A model generated the notes under the pieces. It was not told where the DNA came from, made no database searches, and worked only from the letters and a program-made list of their open reading frames with translations. From NCBI GenBank assembly GCA_964570265.1, contig CAZMXO010000001.1, positions 1-41,772 of the forward strand: a stretch of DNA of 41,772 nt. The letters run 5' to 3'. The stretch's first letter is position 1. Each line of letters opens with the position of its first letter. Shown here piece after piece: positions 7,352 to 15,870 of this stretch. Origin of the DNA: an uncultured bacterium. Its GTDB lineage: Bacteria; JAHJDO01. Made by a program: the position numbers and the translations under genes.

Positions 7352-9902
7352 TAACTATTGAAGATGCGCTTTCTCTGAAATACCTTTGCGCAATCTCTCT
7401 TATGTTTTCCTTAGTTACGGACTTTATCCTGCGTTCATATTCATAGAAATTCTTATACCCCAATCCATAGAACTCGCTCATAGCGATAGAAAAACAAAGT
7501 GCTTTATTTGATTGATGTACAATACTATGTTTGCCTATAAGATTATTTTTAGCAAGTTTCAATTCAGCATCGCTGACAAAAGCATCTTTAAGCAATTGAA
7601 TTTCTTCAAACAATGCCTGTTTAGCTTCCGCAATTTTTTGCAAAATTGTTCCCGCATAAAATACATACATCCCAGGATCAAACCCTGTCCAGGAAAAGGC
7701 TCCGACATAATATGCCAATCCTCTCTTTTCTCTTATATTCATAAACAGTCTTGATCCAAGGTCAGACAGGATTGTAGTTAATACATCAAATGTGTATCTG
7801 TGTGGATCATTGGTTAAAATAGTCGGAAATCCTATCATAATCAGAGCCTGTTCGCCTTGCTTTTTCTTTTCTTCCTCTCTCTGTTTCTGCTGTATCGGCT
7901 CAGTTATATTTATCTCCGGGATAAAGCATTTTGCATTAAATTTATTAAAGTATTTGCTGATAGAATCAAAAATTCTGTTGCATTCCATATTCCCTACAAC
8001 AGTAATGTATGTATTTTTCGGCAAACACATAGTTCTATGAAAACTTGCCAGACTTAACCTGTTTATATTAGAGAGAGACTTTTCAGTGCCCAAGTTTTGA
8101 AGCCTGTATGGATGTTTTTTATAGATGGTTTGACGCATTGCGTCCATACCAAGACTGATTATCTCATCTTTTCTTGCTTTGATTTCAGACAGAACAATAT
8201 ATCTTTCCTTTTTTATCTGGTCTGGTAAAAATATTGGGTTAATTATTATATCAGCAAAAATATCCAATCCGTGCACAAAGTTTTCTTTCAATATATCCAT
8301 TGAAAATCCGAAGCTGTTATCTCCCGAAAATCCAGCTAAGTCTCCGCCTGTCATTTCAAATTCCTCTGCAATTTGAAATGCATTCCTGTTTTTTGTTCCT
8401 TTTTGCATTACGCACTGCATCAGATTACAAATACCATTGTTGCCGTTGTTTTCGTATCTGATGCCGCCTTTAAATAATGCGCAAACAGAAATAATCGGGG
8501 TGGTGTGTTTTTCTATTGCTACAACAGTTATGCCATTGATTTTTTTGGTTTTTATATTCTGCTTTTTTGCAGACTTTTTCGCTGTGCTTGTCGTTGCAGA
8601 CGCTTTTTGCTTTAATGTGATTATGGACATATTGTTTTCTATAAGATAATTTTTAGCAACTCTTTGAATGTCTTCCAGTGTGATTTTATTTATTTCTTCC
8701 ACATATTTTTCGGAGAAATACATATCGTTTGCTAAAAACTCATTTACTGCAAGACTTCCCGCTATACTGTCTGCTGTTTCAATATGACAATAATGATCAA
8801 AAATAACCATTTTTTTTGCCTTGAAAAGATCTTTTTGAGAGACACCGTCTTCTTTAGTGAGCTCTATTTGTTTTCTGGTTTCTTTAATTGTTTTTTTAAT
8901 ATTTTCTTCAGCTAGAACGCAAGTTATGCCAAAAACTCCTGTATCTCTTGGTGTATGCAAAAAGCTTTCTACGGAAGCAACTAATTGTTTTGTCTCAATA
9001 AGAGCTTTGTATAAAAGTGAACTGCGTCCATGCCCCAGCATTATTGAAAGCACATCAAGAGCATAAGCGTCAGAATGAATAATCCCCGGGGTATGAAAAC
9101 ACATATACATACGAGGTATATTTACATCTTTTTCCGTATGCAAAATTCTTTTATTAAGCTGTTTTGGCTCTTCGGGAATAATTATTGGATTTATAGATCT
9201 TCTTTTAAAATCCTTAAATGCTTTACCTGCCCCCTTTAGCGCGCTTTCATGAGTAATATCTCCTGCAATGACGAGTATCATGTTATTTGGAACATACATT
9301 CTTTTATAATATGCGATTAAATCCTCTCTTGATAAGTTCTCAAACAATTCTCTATGACCTATTATTGGCTCCTTGTAGGGATGAGTCTTATACATTGTTT
9401 CCCATGCCAGTTGCTGTAGGTAAGTTTCTGGTTCGTCCATACACATATTTATTTCTTTAAGAATAACCTGACTTTCTTTTTTGCATTCTAAGGGGTCAAA
9501 TGAGGAGTTCATGATAGCATCTGCCTGAATTTCCAGTGTTTTATCAAGAAATTTAGAAGGCACAGTAACATGGTAAACTGTTCGGTCATATGTTGTATAG
9601 GCATTAAGTAGTCCTCCCAGACCTCTTATTTGACGGGAGATTTCTCCTACTTTTCTTTTTTTTGTGCCTTTGAACAACATATGCTCAATATAATGAGACA
9701 CTCCTGATCCCATAAACTCTGCTTCTGTAATACTTCCGGATTTTACGAGAATATAGCTGGAAACTACCGAAATATCTTCTTTTTTACATGTAATCACTGT
9801 CATTCCATTTTCCAGAACATGTTTCTCTAAATCTAACGCATGAGTATTCTTCACATCAGCCCTCCATGTTACATTGAAAAATATATTCTCTTCACAAACC
9901 AT
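7338..9902 (-). CDS. Fused two-unit M16 (pitrilysin/insulinase) family zinc peptidase
   Basis: 854 aa. The first half has the inverted zinc motif HxxEH (SHYIEHMLFKGT). The second half is M16-like but lacks HxxEH (GICNLMQCVMQKGT), so it resembles a fusion of an active and an inactive subunit. Confidence 0.85.
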   Translation of the reverse strand: MVCEENIFFNVTWRADVKNTHALDLEKHVLENGMTVITCKKEDISVVSSYILVKSGSITEAEFMGSGVSHYIEHMLFKGTKKRKVGEISRQIRGLGGLLNAYTTYDRTVYHVTVPSKFLDKTLEIQADAIMNSSFDPLECKKESQVILKEINMCMDEPETYLQQLAWETMYKTHPYKEPIIGHRELFENLSREDLIAYYKRMYVPNNMILVIAGDITHESALKGAGKAFKDFKRRSINPIIIPEEPKQLNKRILHTEKDVNIPRMYMCFHTPGIIHSDAYALDVLSIMLGHGRSSLLYKALIETKQLVASVESFLHTPRDTGVFGITCVLAEENIKKTIKETRKQIELTKEDGVSQKDLFKAKKMVIFDHYCHIETADSIAGSLAVNEFLANDMYFSEKYVEEINKITLEDIQRVAKNYLIENNMSIITLKQKASATTSTAKKSAKKQNIKTKKINGITVVAIEKHTTPIISVCALFKGGIRYENNGNNGICNLMQCVMQKGTKNRNAFQIAEEFEMTGGDLAGFSGDNSFGFSMDILKENFVHGLDIFADIIINPIFLPDQIKKERYIVLSEIKARKDEIISLGMDAMRQTIYKKHPYRLQNLGTEKSLSNINRLSLASFHRTMCLPKNTYITVVGNMECNRIFDSISKYFNKFNAKCFIPEINITEPIQQKQREEEKKKQGEQALIMIGFPTILTNDPHRYTFDVLTTILSDLGSRLFMNIREKRGLAYYVGAFSWTGFDPGMYVFYAGTILQKIAEAKQALFEEIQLLKDAFVSDAELKLAKNNLIGKHSIVHQSNKALCFSIAMSEFYGLGYKNFYEYERRIKSVTKENIREIAQRYFRESASSIVIVKP

Positions 9903-11035
9903 CTGAATTTACTGATTTGATTAACTTTCTCGTTTGCAACTATACTTGTTTTAGCTATTATTTTCTTGTTTAGCTTTATCAGTATACATCCAATTCTCTG
10001 TTCCTTTTCAACAGGTGCCTGTATTTTATCAAACAGGATTTTTTGCTTAACAATCTTTTTCTCGTCACTTTTTTTTATAACCAGCGTTATATCTTTATTG
10101 CTAATACCATTAATGTAATTTTTGTTTCCCATTATGATTGGAATATTTTCAAAAACAACATCTCCTTCTTTCACCAGATACAATTTCGTATAATTTTTAA
10201 AGCCCATATCCAGAATTTCTTTTGTCTTATCAAACCGGGCTTTTTTTGTAGGACAGCCCATAACTACAGAAATAAGCCTCATGTCGTTTTTTTTTGCAGT
10301 AGCAGTGAAGTTCCAGCCTGCTTTTCGGTAATAACCTGTTTTCAACCCGTCAAGCTCAGGAAATGTTTTAAGAAGCTTGTTCGTATTGGTTAAAATAAAC
10401 TTTCCATTCCTAAATGTGTCCGTTTTTGTATTGGTCCATTCAAGGACTGTTGGATATTTAACCAATTCTCTTGCCAGAATCGCCATGTCATAGACAGAGG
10501 ACATATCTCCGCTATGACCATTCTGGACTTTTGGAAGCCCGTTTGTAGTTTTGAATATAGTATCATTCATTTTAAGTTCAGACGCTCTCTTATTCGTTAA
10601 TACAAGAAATTGTTTGGTGCTACCGCTTATGTGCTCTGCAACTGCAACAGCCCCGTCACACGCGGATTTTATCATAACAGCTTTCATCATATCCCTTAGT
10701 GTAAAAACTTCTCCCTCCTTCAAATATACCTGTGAGCCACCTATCATGCTCGCATGTCTTGATACTTTTACTTTATCATTTAGACTAATCTCGCCATGTT
10801 TAACCTTTTCCATAACTATAAGGGCAAGCATCATCTTAACCATAGAAGCAGGAGGCAATCTCTTGTGCATACTTCTTCCAAAAAGTATCTTTCCCGTTTC
10901 TGCTTCCATAAGTATTGCAGATTTATATTTTCTTGGAGCAGAATAGACTGGATTTGAACTGCAGAAGCCCAGGAGTAAGGATACTAAAATTGCGAATTTC
11001 GTTATTGTATTTCTTCTGAAATTCATCTTGACCAT
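9869..11035 (-). CDS. D-alanyl-D-alanine carboxypeptidase (S11, PBP5/6-like)
   Basis: 388 aa. Signal peptide, SxxK motif (SMVK) and KTG motif (GLKTGY). The second ATG at 11024-11026 would give a classic ATGA overlap with the tolB stop and may be the true start. Confidence 0.8.
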   Translation of the reverse strand: MVKMNFRRNTITKFAILVSLLLGFCSSNPVYSAPRKYKSAILMEAETGKILFGRSMHKRLPPASMVKMMLALIVMEKVKHGEISLNDKVKVSRHASMIGGSQVYLKEGEVFTLRDMMKAVMIKSACDGAVAVAEHISGSTKQFLVLTNKRASELKMNDTIFKTTNGLPKVQNGHSGDMSSVYDMAILARELVKYPTVLEWTNTKTDTFRNGKFILTNTNKLLKTFPELDGLKTGYYRKAGWNFTATAKKNDMRLISVVMGCPTKKARFDKTKEILDMGFKNYTKLYLVKEGDVVFENIPIIMGNKNYINGISNKDITLVIKKSDEKKIVKQKILFDKIQAPVEKEQRIGCILIKLNKKIIAKTSIVANEKVNQISKFRWFVKRIYFSM

Positions 11036-12264
11036 GCAGGTTCTAAAGCATTGTCTTCCAGAGAAGTTAACCTATATTTCTCTCCTGTTACAACATCCAT
11101 TACTTCCAGATATGATCTGAAATTCTTTGTAACACTGCAAACAATATGTCTCCCATCAGGAGCCCAAGAAGGATTTTCATGATGCTGCGGTTCATATGTT
11201 AACTGTGAAACTTTATAAACATCCAGATTAACCACATAGATTTGAAAATTCCCATTCTTCATCGATGCATAAGCGATCTTATTAGAAACCGGAGACCAAG
11301 ACGGGTCTGTGTTATATGATCCTTCAAATGTGAGTCTGATTGTCTTATTATCAGCTAGGTAATGTATGTATATTTGAGGGGTTCCTGTGCGATCCGAGAC
11401 AAAGGCTATTTTTTGGTTATCATAAGACCATGTTGGACTTGATTCTACTGCTCGAGAAGCTGTTAGCCGCTTAAGAAGCAAATCAGGCAGGGAAACTTTA
11501 TATAATTCAGGATTTCCGTCTTTACTGAGTATTAAGGCAATATTTTTGCCGTCATTTGAGACAGCAGAGGCTGCATTAACGCCCGGATAGCGAACTAAAG
11601 CTAAAGCTTCTTTCCTGTGATTCTTTAAATTGCAGGTAAATATTCCGGGATATCCACTTTTATATGAAGTGTATGCGATCTTAGCGGAATCAGGGAACCA
11701 GCTAGGTTCAATGTTATTATAATTTCCGAAAGTAATTTGCTCTCTGTTTTCTCCATCATAATCTATTACATAGATTTGTTTTGTCCTTGCCTTATCAGAA
11801 GTATAGGCAATCTTTGAGAATACAAGGCTTTTTTCTCCAGTAATCTTTTCCATAATATCGTTGGCAATAGTTTTTATTGACAGACCGTACTGAGAGAGTA
11901 GTCCTTGATATTTTTTGGCAAATATTTCCTGATTTGCTGATGGAGAATATATCTTTGTTATAAGAACAAGTTTCTTTTTTTTTGTTTTATAAGAGCCTTT
12001 AATGACTAATTCTGTGTCCTTTGAAACTAGTTTTTGTATGAAAAAATGCCCGGAGTACTTCAGGTGTCTTGACAAATCGTTATAAATTGCTTTCTCTAAT
12101 TCTGTATCAGGCTTGTCCCCCTCAACAGCGAAAGCCTCAATAAACAGATTTACTTTTTTTGTAGATTCTTTAGATATACTTAATTGAACTTCTGAAGAAG
12201 AACATGGATTAGAACAAAAAATAGACAGATAGATAAGCGTAAAGACTAAATTTTTAATTTTCAT
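11023..12264 (-). CDS. tolB: Tol-Pal system beta-propeller protein TolB
   Basis: 413 aa. Signal peptide and repeated propeller blades with P(S/A)WSPD-like motifs (EPSWFPDS, SPTWSYDN, DPSWSPVS, NPSWAPDG). It sits downstream of tolQ/tolR. Confidence 0.85.
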   Translation of the reverse strand: MKIKNLVFTLIYLSIFCSNPCSSSEVQLSISKESTKKVNLFIEAFAVEGDKPDTELEKAIYNDLSRHLKYSGHFFIQKLVSKDTELVIKGSYKTKKKKLVLITKIYSPSANQEIFAKKYQGLLSQYGLSIKTIANDIMEKITGEKSLVFSKIAYTSDKARTKQIYVIDYDGENREQITFGNYNNIEPSWFPDSAKIAYTSYKSGYPGIFTCNLKNHRKEALALVRYPGVNAASAVSNDGKNIALILSKDGNPELYKVSLPDLLLKRLTASRAVESSPTWSYDNQKIAFVSDRTGTPQIYIHYLADNKTIRLTFEGSYNTDPSWSPVSNKIAYASMKNGNFQIYVVNLDVYKVSQLTYEPQHHENPSWAPDGRHIVCSVTKNFRSYLEVMDVVTGEKYRLTSLEDNALEPAWSR

Positions 12265-12872
12265 AATGTTTTAAAAATAATGCTAACATTTAAATATTCT
12301 TCTCTCCATTCTGAGGGAAGAGCAGGTAGAGTTCCTACTGACTTTACAGCATCTAGCGCCGAATTATCAAGCAATTTCATACCGGAAGAATGTTTTATCT
12401 TCACATTGCTCATAATTCCGTTCTTATTAACAGTAAAGCAAACTGTAACAGATACTCCTTCTTTTGATATTATATATTCACTCGGCGGCACCCATGCATT
12501 TGATAACTTAGTTTTTATTACAGTCAAATACCACAGATAAGGAAATTTTCCGGCGCTTATATGCACATCTTCTTTGCTTACGGGCTGTAGAGATTCTACT
12601 GGTTTTACTGAATCAGCTGTATCCATAGTTTTAAGCCGTGTGAGTATCTTTGCCCTCAGTTTGCTCGTATCAGGTGTCTTTTTAAGTCTTTGTGTGGTTG
12701 GCTGCTTTGAGGGTTTAACAGGTTTTTCAACTTGTTCTATTATATCCGGAATTAATTGAACGAATTGCGGGATTTCAAATCTCGATGTCCGCTGTTTTAC
12801 AATTGCAACAAGAACTACTAATAAAAGAATGCTCGTGTGAACACTCAGAGATATTAAAAAAGCCTTTTTCAT
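12261..12872 (-). CDS. TolA-like / TonB C-terminal domain protein
   Basis: 203 aa. N-terminal TM anchor, a Pro/Lys-rich linker and a C-terminal TonB_C-like fold (VTVCFTVNKNGIMSNVKIKHSSGMKLLDNSALDAVKSV). It occupies the tolA position between tolR and tolB. Confidence 0.6.
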   Translation of the reverse strand: MKKAFLISLSVHTSILLLVVLVAIVKQRTSRFEIPQFVQLIPDIIEQVEKPVKPSKQPTTQRLKKTPDTSKLRAKILTRLKTMDTADSVKPVESLQPVSKEDVHISAGKFPYLWYLTVIKTKLSNAWVPPSEYIISKEGVSVTVCFTVNKNGIMSNVKIKHSSGMKLLDNSALDAVKSVGTLPALPSEWREEYLNVSIIFKTL

Positions 12873-12874
12873 AT

Positions 12875-13288
12875 TTAACGGCGAATATTATGAATTCTTG
12901 TTGGAAGCCCAATTCTTGAGATGCCTAATTTTTTTACTACATCAAGGACTTTAACTACTTCTTTATACTTAACGAATTTATCAGCTTTAATTATTACGCA
13001 TGCATTTTGAGTGGATTCTACAATTATTTTAAGCCGTTTTTTTAATGATTCATCGGTTACTCTGGCATTATCCAGATACAAGTTACCCTGTCTTGATATG
13101 CTGATTGTAATGGCATCCTTTGAAACATTCATTCTTTCAGATGATGCTTGCGGAAGCTGAACATTGATTCCGTGAAGCATAATTGGAGTAATCAAAATAA
13201 AAACAATCAGAAGAACCATCGTGACATCAACAAGACTTGTAATATTTATCTGGCTGATCGGAGTGTATGAATATAATCTGCTTTTCAT
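12875..13288 (-). CDS. tolR: Biopolymer transport protein TolR/ExbD
   Basis: 137 aa. A single N-terminal TM with the conserved acidic residue context (ITSLVDVTMVLLIVF) and a 4-bp overlap with tolQ. Confidence 0.8.
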   Translation of the reverse strand: MKSRLYSYTPISQINITSLVDVTMVLLIVFILITPIMLHGINVQLPQASSERMNVSKDAITISISRQGNLYLDNARVTDESLKKRLKIIVESTQNACVIIKADKFVKYKEVVKVLDVVKKLGISRIGLPTRIHNIRR

Positions 13289-13965
13289 AGGTTCTGTGTC
13301 CTGACTAATTTCCTTTCTGCAAGAGAAAGGAATTCTCCTACGAAATTATCTGTTTCTATTGATAACACTCTCAACTGGTTTGAGAAGAAATTGTATGCAA
13401 CCAAAGCAGGGATTGCTACTACCAGTCCTGCTACAGTTGTTATCAGTGCCTCAGCAACTCCCGGAGCAACAGTTCCAATACTTGCAGTTCCCTGCAAACT
13501 GACCTGCAGGAAAACGTTAAGTATTCCCCATACAGTACCTAAAAGTCCTATAAAAGGACTGACTCCTGCAGTTGTTGCAAGAAATCCTAAAGATCTCTCG
13601 AGCTTGAAGAATGAATCACTGACTGAACTTAACAGCGTCCTCTCTATGTATTTTAAATCTGAGGCACTAATATCTTCCCCAATAAAATTAACTTTCTCAC
13701 ACCCTTGTTTATAGACCTGGAATACAGGAGAAAACCTGTGCTCTTCGCCATTCTTAATTGAGAGATTAAACACATTTCCATGGGAAGAGTTTCTGAATAT
13801 TCTTAAGAATTGCTTAGATGCTCTCTCTGCTTTTCTAATTGCCCCAAATTTTATGATGATTATAGCCCAGGCTATTATAGAAATTGCAAACAACAAAAGA
13901 ACAATTATTCTTCCAACCCACCCTGAATGTTGAAACGATAGAATTAAGTTGCTGCTCATCACCAT
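13285..13965 (-). CDS. tolQ: MotA/TolQ/ExbB proton-channel protein
   Basis: 226 aa. Three TM segments and the conserved C-terminal channel region GLLGTVWGI...VAPGVAEALITTVAGLVVAIPAL. Confidence 0.8.
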   Translation of the reverse strand: MVMSSNLILSFQHSGWVGRIIVLLLFAISIIAWAIIIIKFGAIRKAERASKQFLRIFRNSSHGNVFNLSIKNGEEHRFSPVFQVYKQGCEKVNFIGEDISASDLKYIERTLLSSVSDSFFKLERSLGFLATTAGVSPFIGLLGTVWGILNVFLQVSLQGTASIGTVAPGVAEALITTVAGLVVAIPALVAYNFFSNQLRVLSIETDNFVGEFLSLAERKLVRTQNL

Positions 13966-13992
13966 TTATACTCCATTTAGCAGCCTGATAAG

Positions 13993-14337
13993 TCAGAAAT
14001 TTATTTTCTGTGCAAAATCGCCAAGAAAAGGCATCTTCCAAACTTCACCGGCAAGCGCTTTTACAATACCAACTACTGCAAATATAATAACAACTATATT
14101 CAGGAGCCATCCAATTATTGGGATTAGGGAAAAAACCGTAGCTAATATTGCCAACACCAATCCTTGTCTTGCATGAAACAAAACAAACTCATTATCCTTC
14201 TTAACAAGAAGAACAATCAAGCTTATCAGCCAGAAATAACTGATAACAGCCAGTGCTTTACCTTCTTCAACATCTTTTTTGTTCATTTCTACTTCAGGCT
14301 CAATTGTTACTTGTTCTACTTTCTTCTCTTCTGTCAT
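13993..14337 (-). CDS. Small membrane protein, DUF4870-like
   Basis: 114 aa. Acidic N-terminus followed by TM segments with the motif KDNEFVLFHARQGLVL typical of that family. A strong RBS (GAGGAGG) lies upstream. Confidence 0.5.
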   Translation of the reverse strand: MTEEKKVEQVTIEPEVEMNKKDVEEGKALAVISYFWLISLIVLLVKKDNEFVLFHARQGLVLAILATVFSLIPIIGWLLNIVVIIFAVVGIVKALAGEVWKMPFLGDFAQKINF

Positions 14338-14371
14338 TTTAGACCTCCTCTAACTTTTTCGTATACACACA

Positions 14372-14400
14372 AGGATATTAAACTCCAAGTTCGTTGTCAA
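14372..14400 (-). promoter_or_regulatory. Candidate sigma70-type promoter TTGACA-N17-TATCCT for the DUF4870/tol operon
   Basis: On the minus strand, TTGACA is at 14400-14395 and TATCCT at 14377-14372, with a 17-nt spacer. It lies ~35 nt upstream of the ATG at 14337. Confidence 0.3.
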
Positions 14401-14413
14401 TAGAACTTATAGT

Positions 14414-14492
<79 letters not shown>

Positions 14493-14516
14493 TATGTTTT
14501 GATAAAAGACTAATGT

Positions 14517-14545
14517 ATATTATCAAAGTCAATTACACAGGTCAA
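14517..14545 (-). promoter_or_regulatory. Candidate promoter TTGACC-N17-TAATAT for tRNA-Pro
   Basis: On the minus strand, TTGACC is at 14545-14540 and TAATAT at 14522-14517. The -10 element ends 24 nt before the mature tRNA 5-prime end. Confidence 0.35.
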
Positions 14546-14549
14546 TTAA

Positions 14550-14735
14550 AATGACAAGCGAGGTTTTGATTGCGATGAATTTAGTCCAACTGTAACAAAT
14601 TGGCTGATTGAGTATAATTTTAATCGCTCTCATCAGGCGCTTGATTATTTAACACCTATGAGATATATTGAGAATCACAATGAGAATCTTAAACGAAAAG
14701 TGTTACCTATGTGCCCAGCCAGCACGCTATCTTGA
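14550..14735 (+). pseudogene. Start-less C-terminal remnant of a DDE (integrase-core, IS481/IS3-like) transposase
   Basis: The open frame from 14550 to the TGA at 14733-14735 translates to ...FDCDEFSPTVTNWLIEYNFNRSHQALDYLTPMRYIENHNENLKRKVLP... The YNxxRxHxALxxxTP signature marks the end of rve-domain transposases. There is no start codon or catalytic core upstream. Confidence 0.6.
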
Positions 14736-14760
14736 CATATGTCAAAGCATAATGTATCCT
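14732..14760 (+). promoter_or_regulatory. Candidate promoter TTGACA-N17-TATCCT for the plus arm of the EPS locus, embedded in the palindrome TTGACATATGTCAA
   Basis: TTGACA at 14732-14737 and TATCCT at 14755-14760, with a 17-nt spacer. The 14-bp perfect palindrome spans 14732-14745. RBS GGAGAG lies ~10 nt before the ATG at 14795. Confidence 0.3.
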
Positions 14761-14794
14761 TGACGAAGTTATGTAATGTGGAGAGCGGTAATTT

Positions 14795-15796
14795 ATGTAC
14801 GAAAGCTTTTATCACATGACCTCAAAGGCTTTTCCGGGGCAACCAACGCCTTCCGTATTCTTTGAGTCTGAAAAGCACAAGGGTGCGCTTCGCTATCTGT
14901 TATCCGGAATTAAAGAAAGAGAACCGTTTCTTTTGATCCTGGGGGAGTATGGGATGGGGAAGACCTTGCTCTGCCTTCGACTTTTAAAGGAACTGAAAAA
15001 GAATGATCAGTTCGTTCTCAACGTATCGACTCCGGTCGTCAGCTATAAAGAGTTGCTGGAACAGATTCTCTACAAATTGAAATTGACCCCGCAGAGCAAT
15101 GACGAAGATTTTCTTCAAACTCAGCTCTTTCAATATCTGGATCAGCAAAAAGATAACCAGAGCTATTTACCTATTATACTGGATGAGGCTCAGCATTATC
15201 AAATCTCCACTCTCATTAAAATAAGAATGCTCTCTAATTACAATTGTGACGGGTTTTACCCCTTTCAGTTTTTCTTCTTTGCCCACTCTTCTTTTCTTTC
15301 TTTCCCAAAAGTTTTAAAAAACCCTCGTCTAGAGGCACTTGATCAACGAATTCGTCGACGGTATTATCTCAAGCCTTTTAGCCTGGCAGAGACCAAAGAA
15401 TATATCTATTACAGGCTTCTTGAGTCAGGAGCATTGGGAAGTCCTTATTTTCCAGACGAGACAATAGACCTCATTCACCGAAAAAGCAAAGGTACGCCTC
15501 GGCTTATTAATAACATCTGCGATGCCTCTCTGGTTATTGGCGTATCACAAGAGCGGAAAGTCATTGATCAAAGCATTGTTACAGAGGCCGTCTCCTCTCT
15601 GGGGCTTGAAAAAGAGATTAGAACTTTTCTCAGGGAAAGAGACGAAGTGGCTCAAAAAGAAAGAAAGAAAGAAGAAAAAGAAGATGTTTCTCATGCTGAA
15701 AAGGGATTGCCCGATTTTACCACCATTCAGAGCGAGCCTTCTTCTAATGAGACTGCTCAGAGACAGTCATGGTGGCGACTATTATTATCCCATTGA
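14795..15796 (+). CDS. ExeA/GspA-like AAA ATPase (the secretion ATPase type found in PEP-CTERM-type EPS loci)
   Basis: 333 aa. Walker A GEYGMGKT, Walker B PIILDEAQHY and an ExeA-like C-terminal segment (KGTPRLINNICDASL), followed by a Lys/Glu-rich tail. Confidence 0.7.
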   Translation: MYESFYHMTSKAFPGQPTPSVFFESEKHKGALRYLLSGIKEREPFLLILGEYGMGKTLLCLRLLKELKKNDQFVLNVSTPVVSYKELLEQILYKLKLTPQSNDEDFLQTQLFQYLDQQKDNQSYLPIILDEAQHYQISTLIKIRMLSNYNCDGFYPFQFFFFAHSSFLSFPKVLKNPRLEALDQRIRRRYYLKPFSLAETKEYIYYRLLESGALGSPYFPDETIDLIHRKSKGTPRLINNICDASLVIGVSQERKVIDQSIVTEAVSSLGLEKEIRTFLRERDEVAQKERKKEEKEDVSHAEKGLPDFTTIQSEPSSNETAQRQSWWRLLLSH

Positions 15797-15870
15797 TGGA
15801 AAAGAGAAAATGTGTTATCATTACGAGTTCGACAGCGAACGGACACTGAATTACAGGAGTTAAGAGATCG

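Noticed and set aside
15522-15863. 113-aa alternative-frame ORF overlapping the 3-prime end of the ExeA-like ATPase gene and running into the spacer
   Set aside because: Its translation is dominated by a poly-Lys run from the same AAG/GAA-rich DNA that encodes the ATPase tail, and it has no recognisable domain or RBS. It is most likely a shadow ORF. A frameshift in the ATPase tail cannot be excluded, but I see no homology argument for one.
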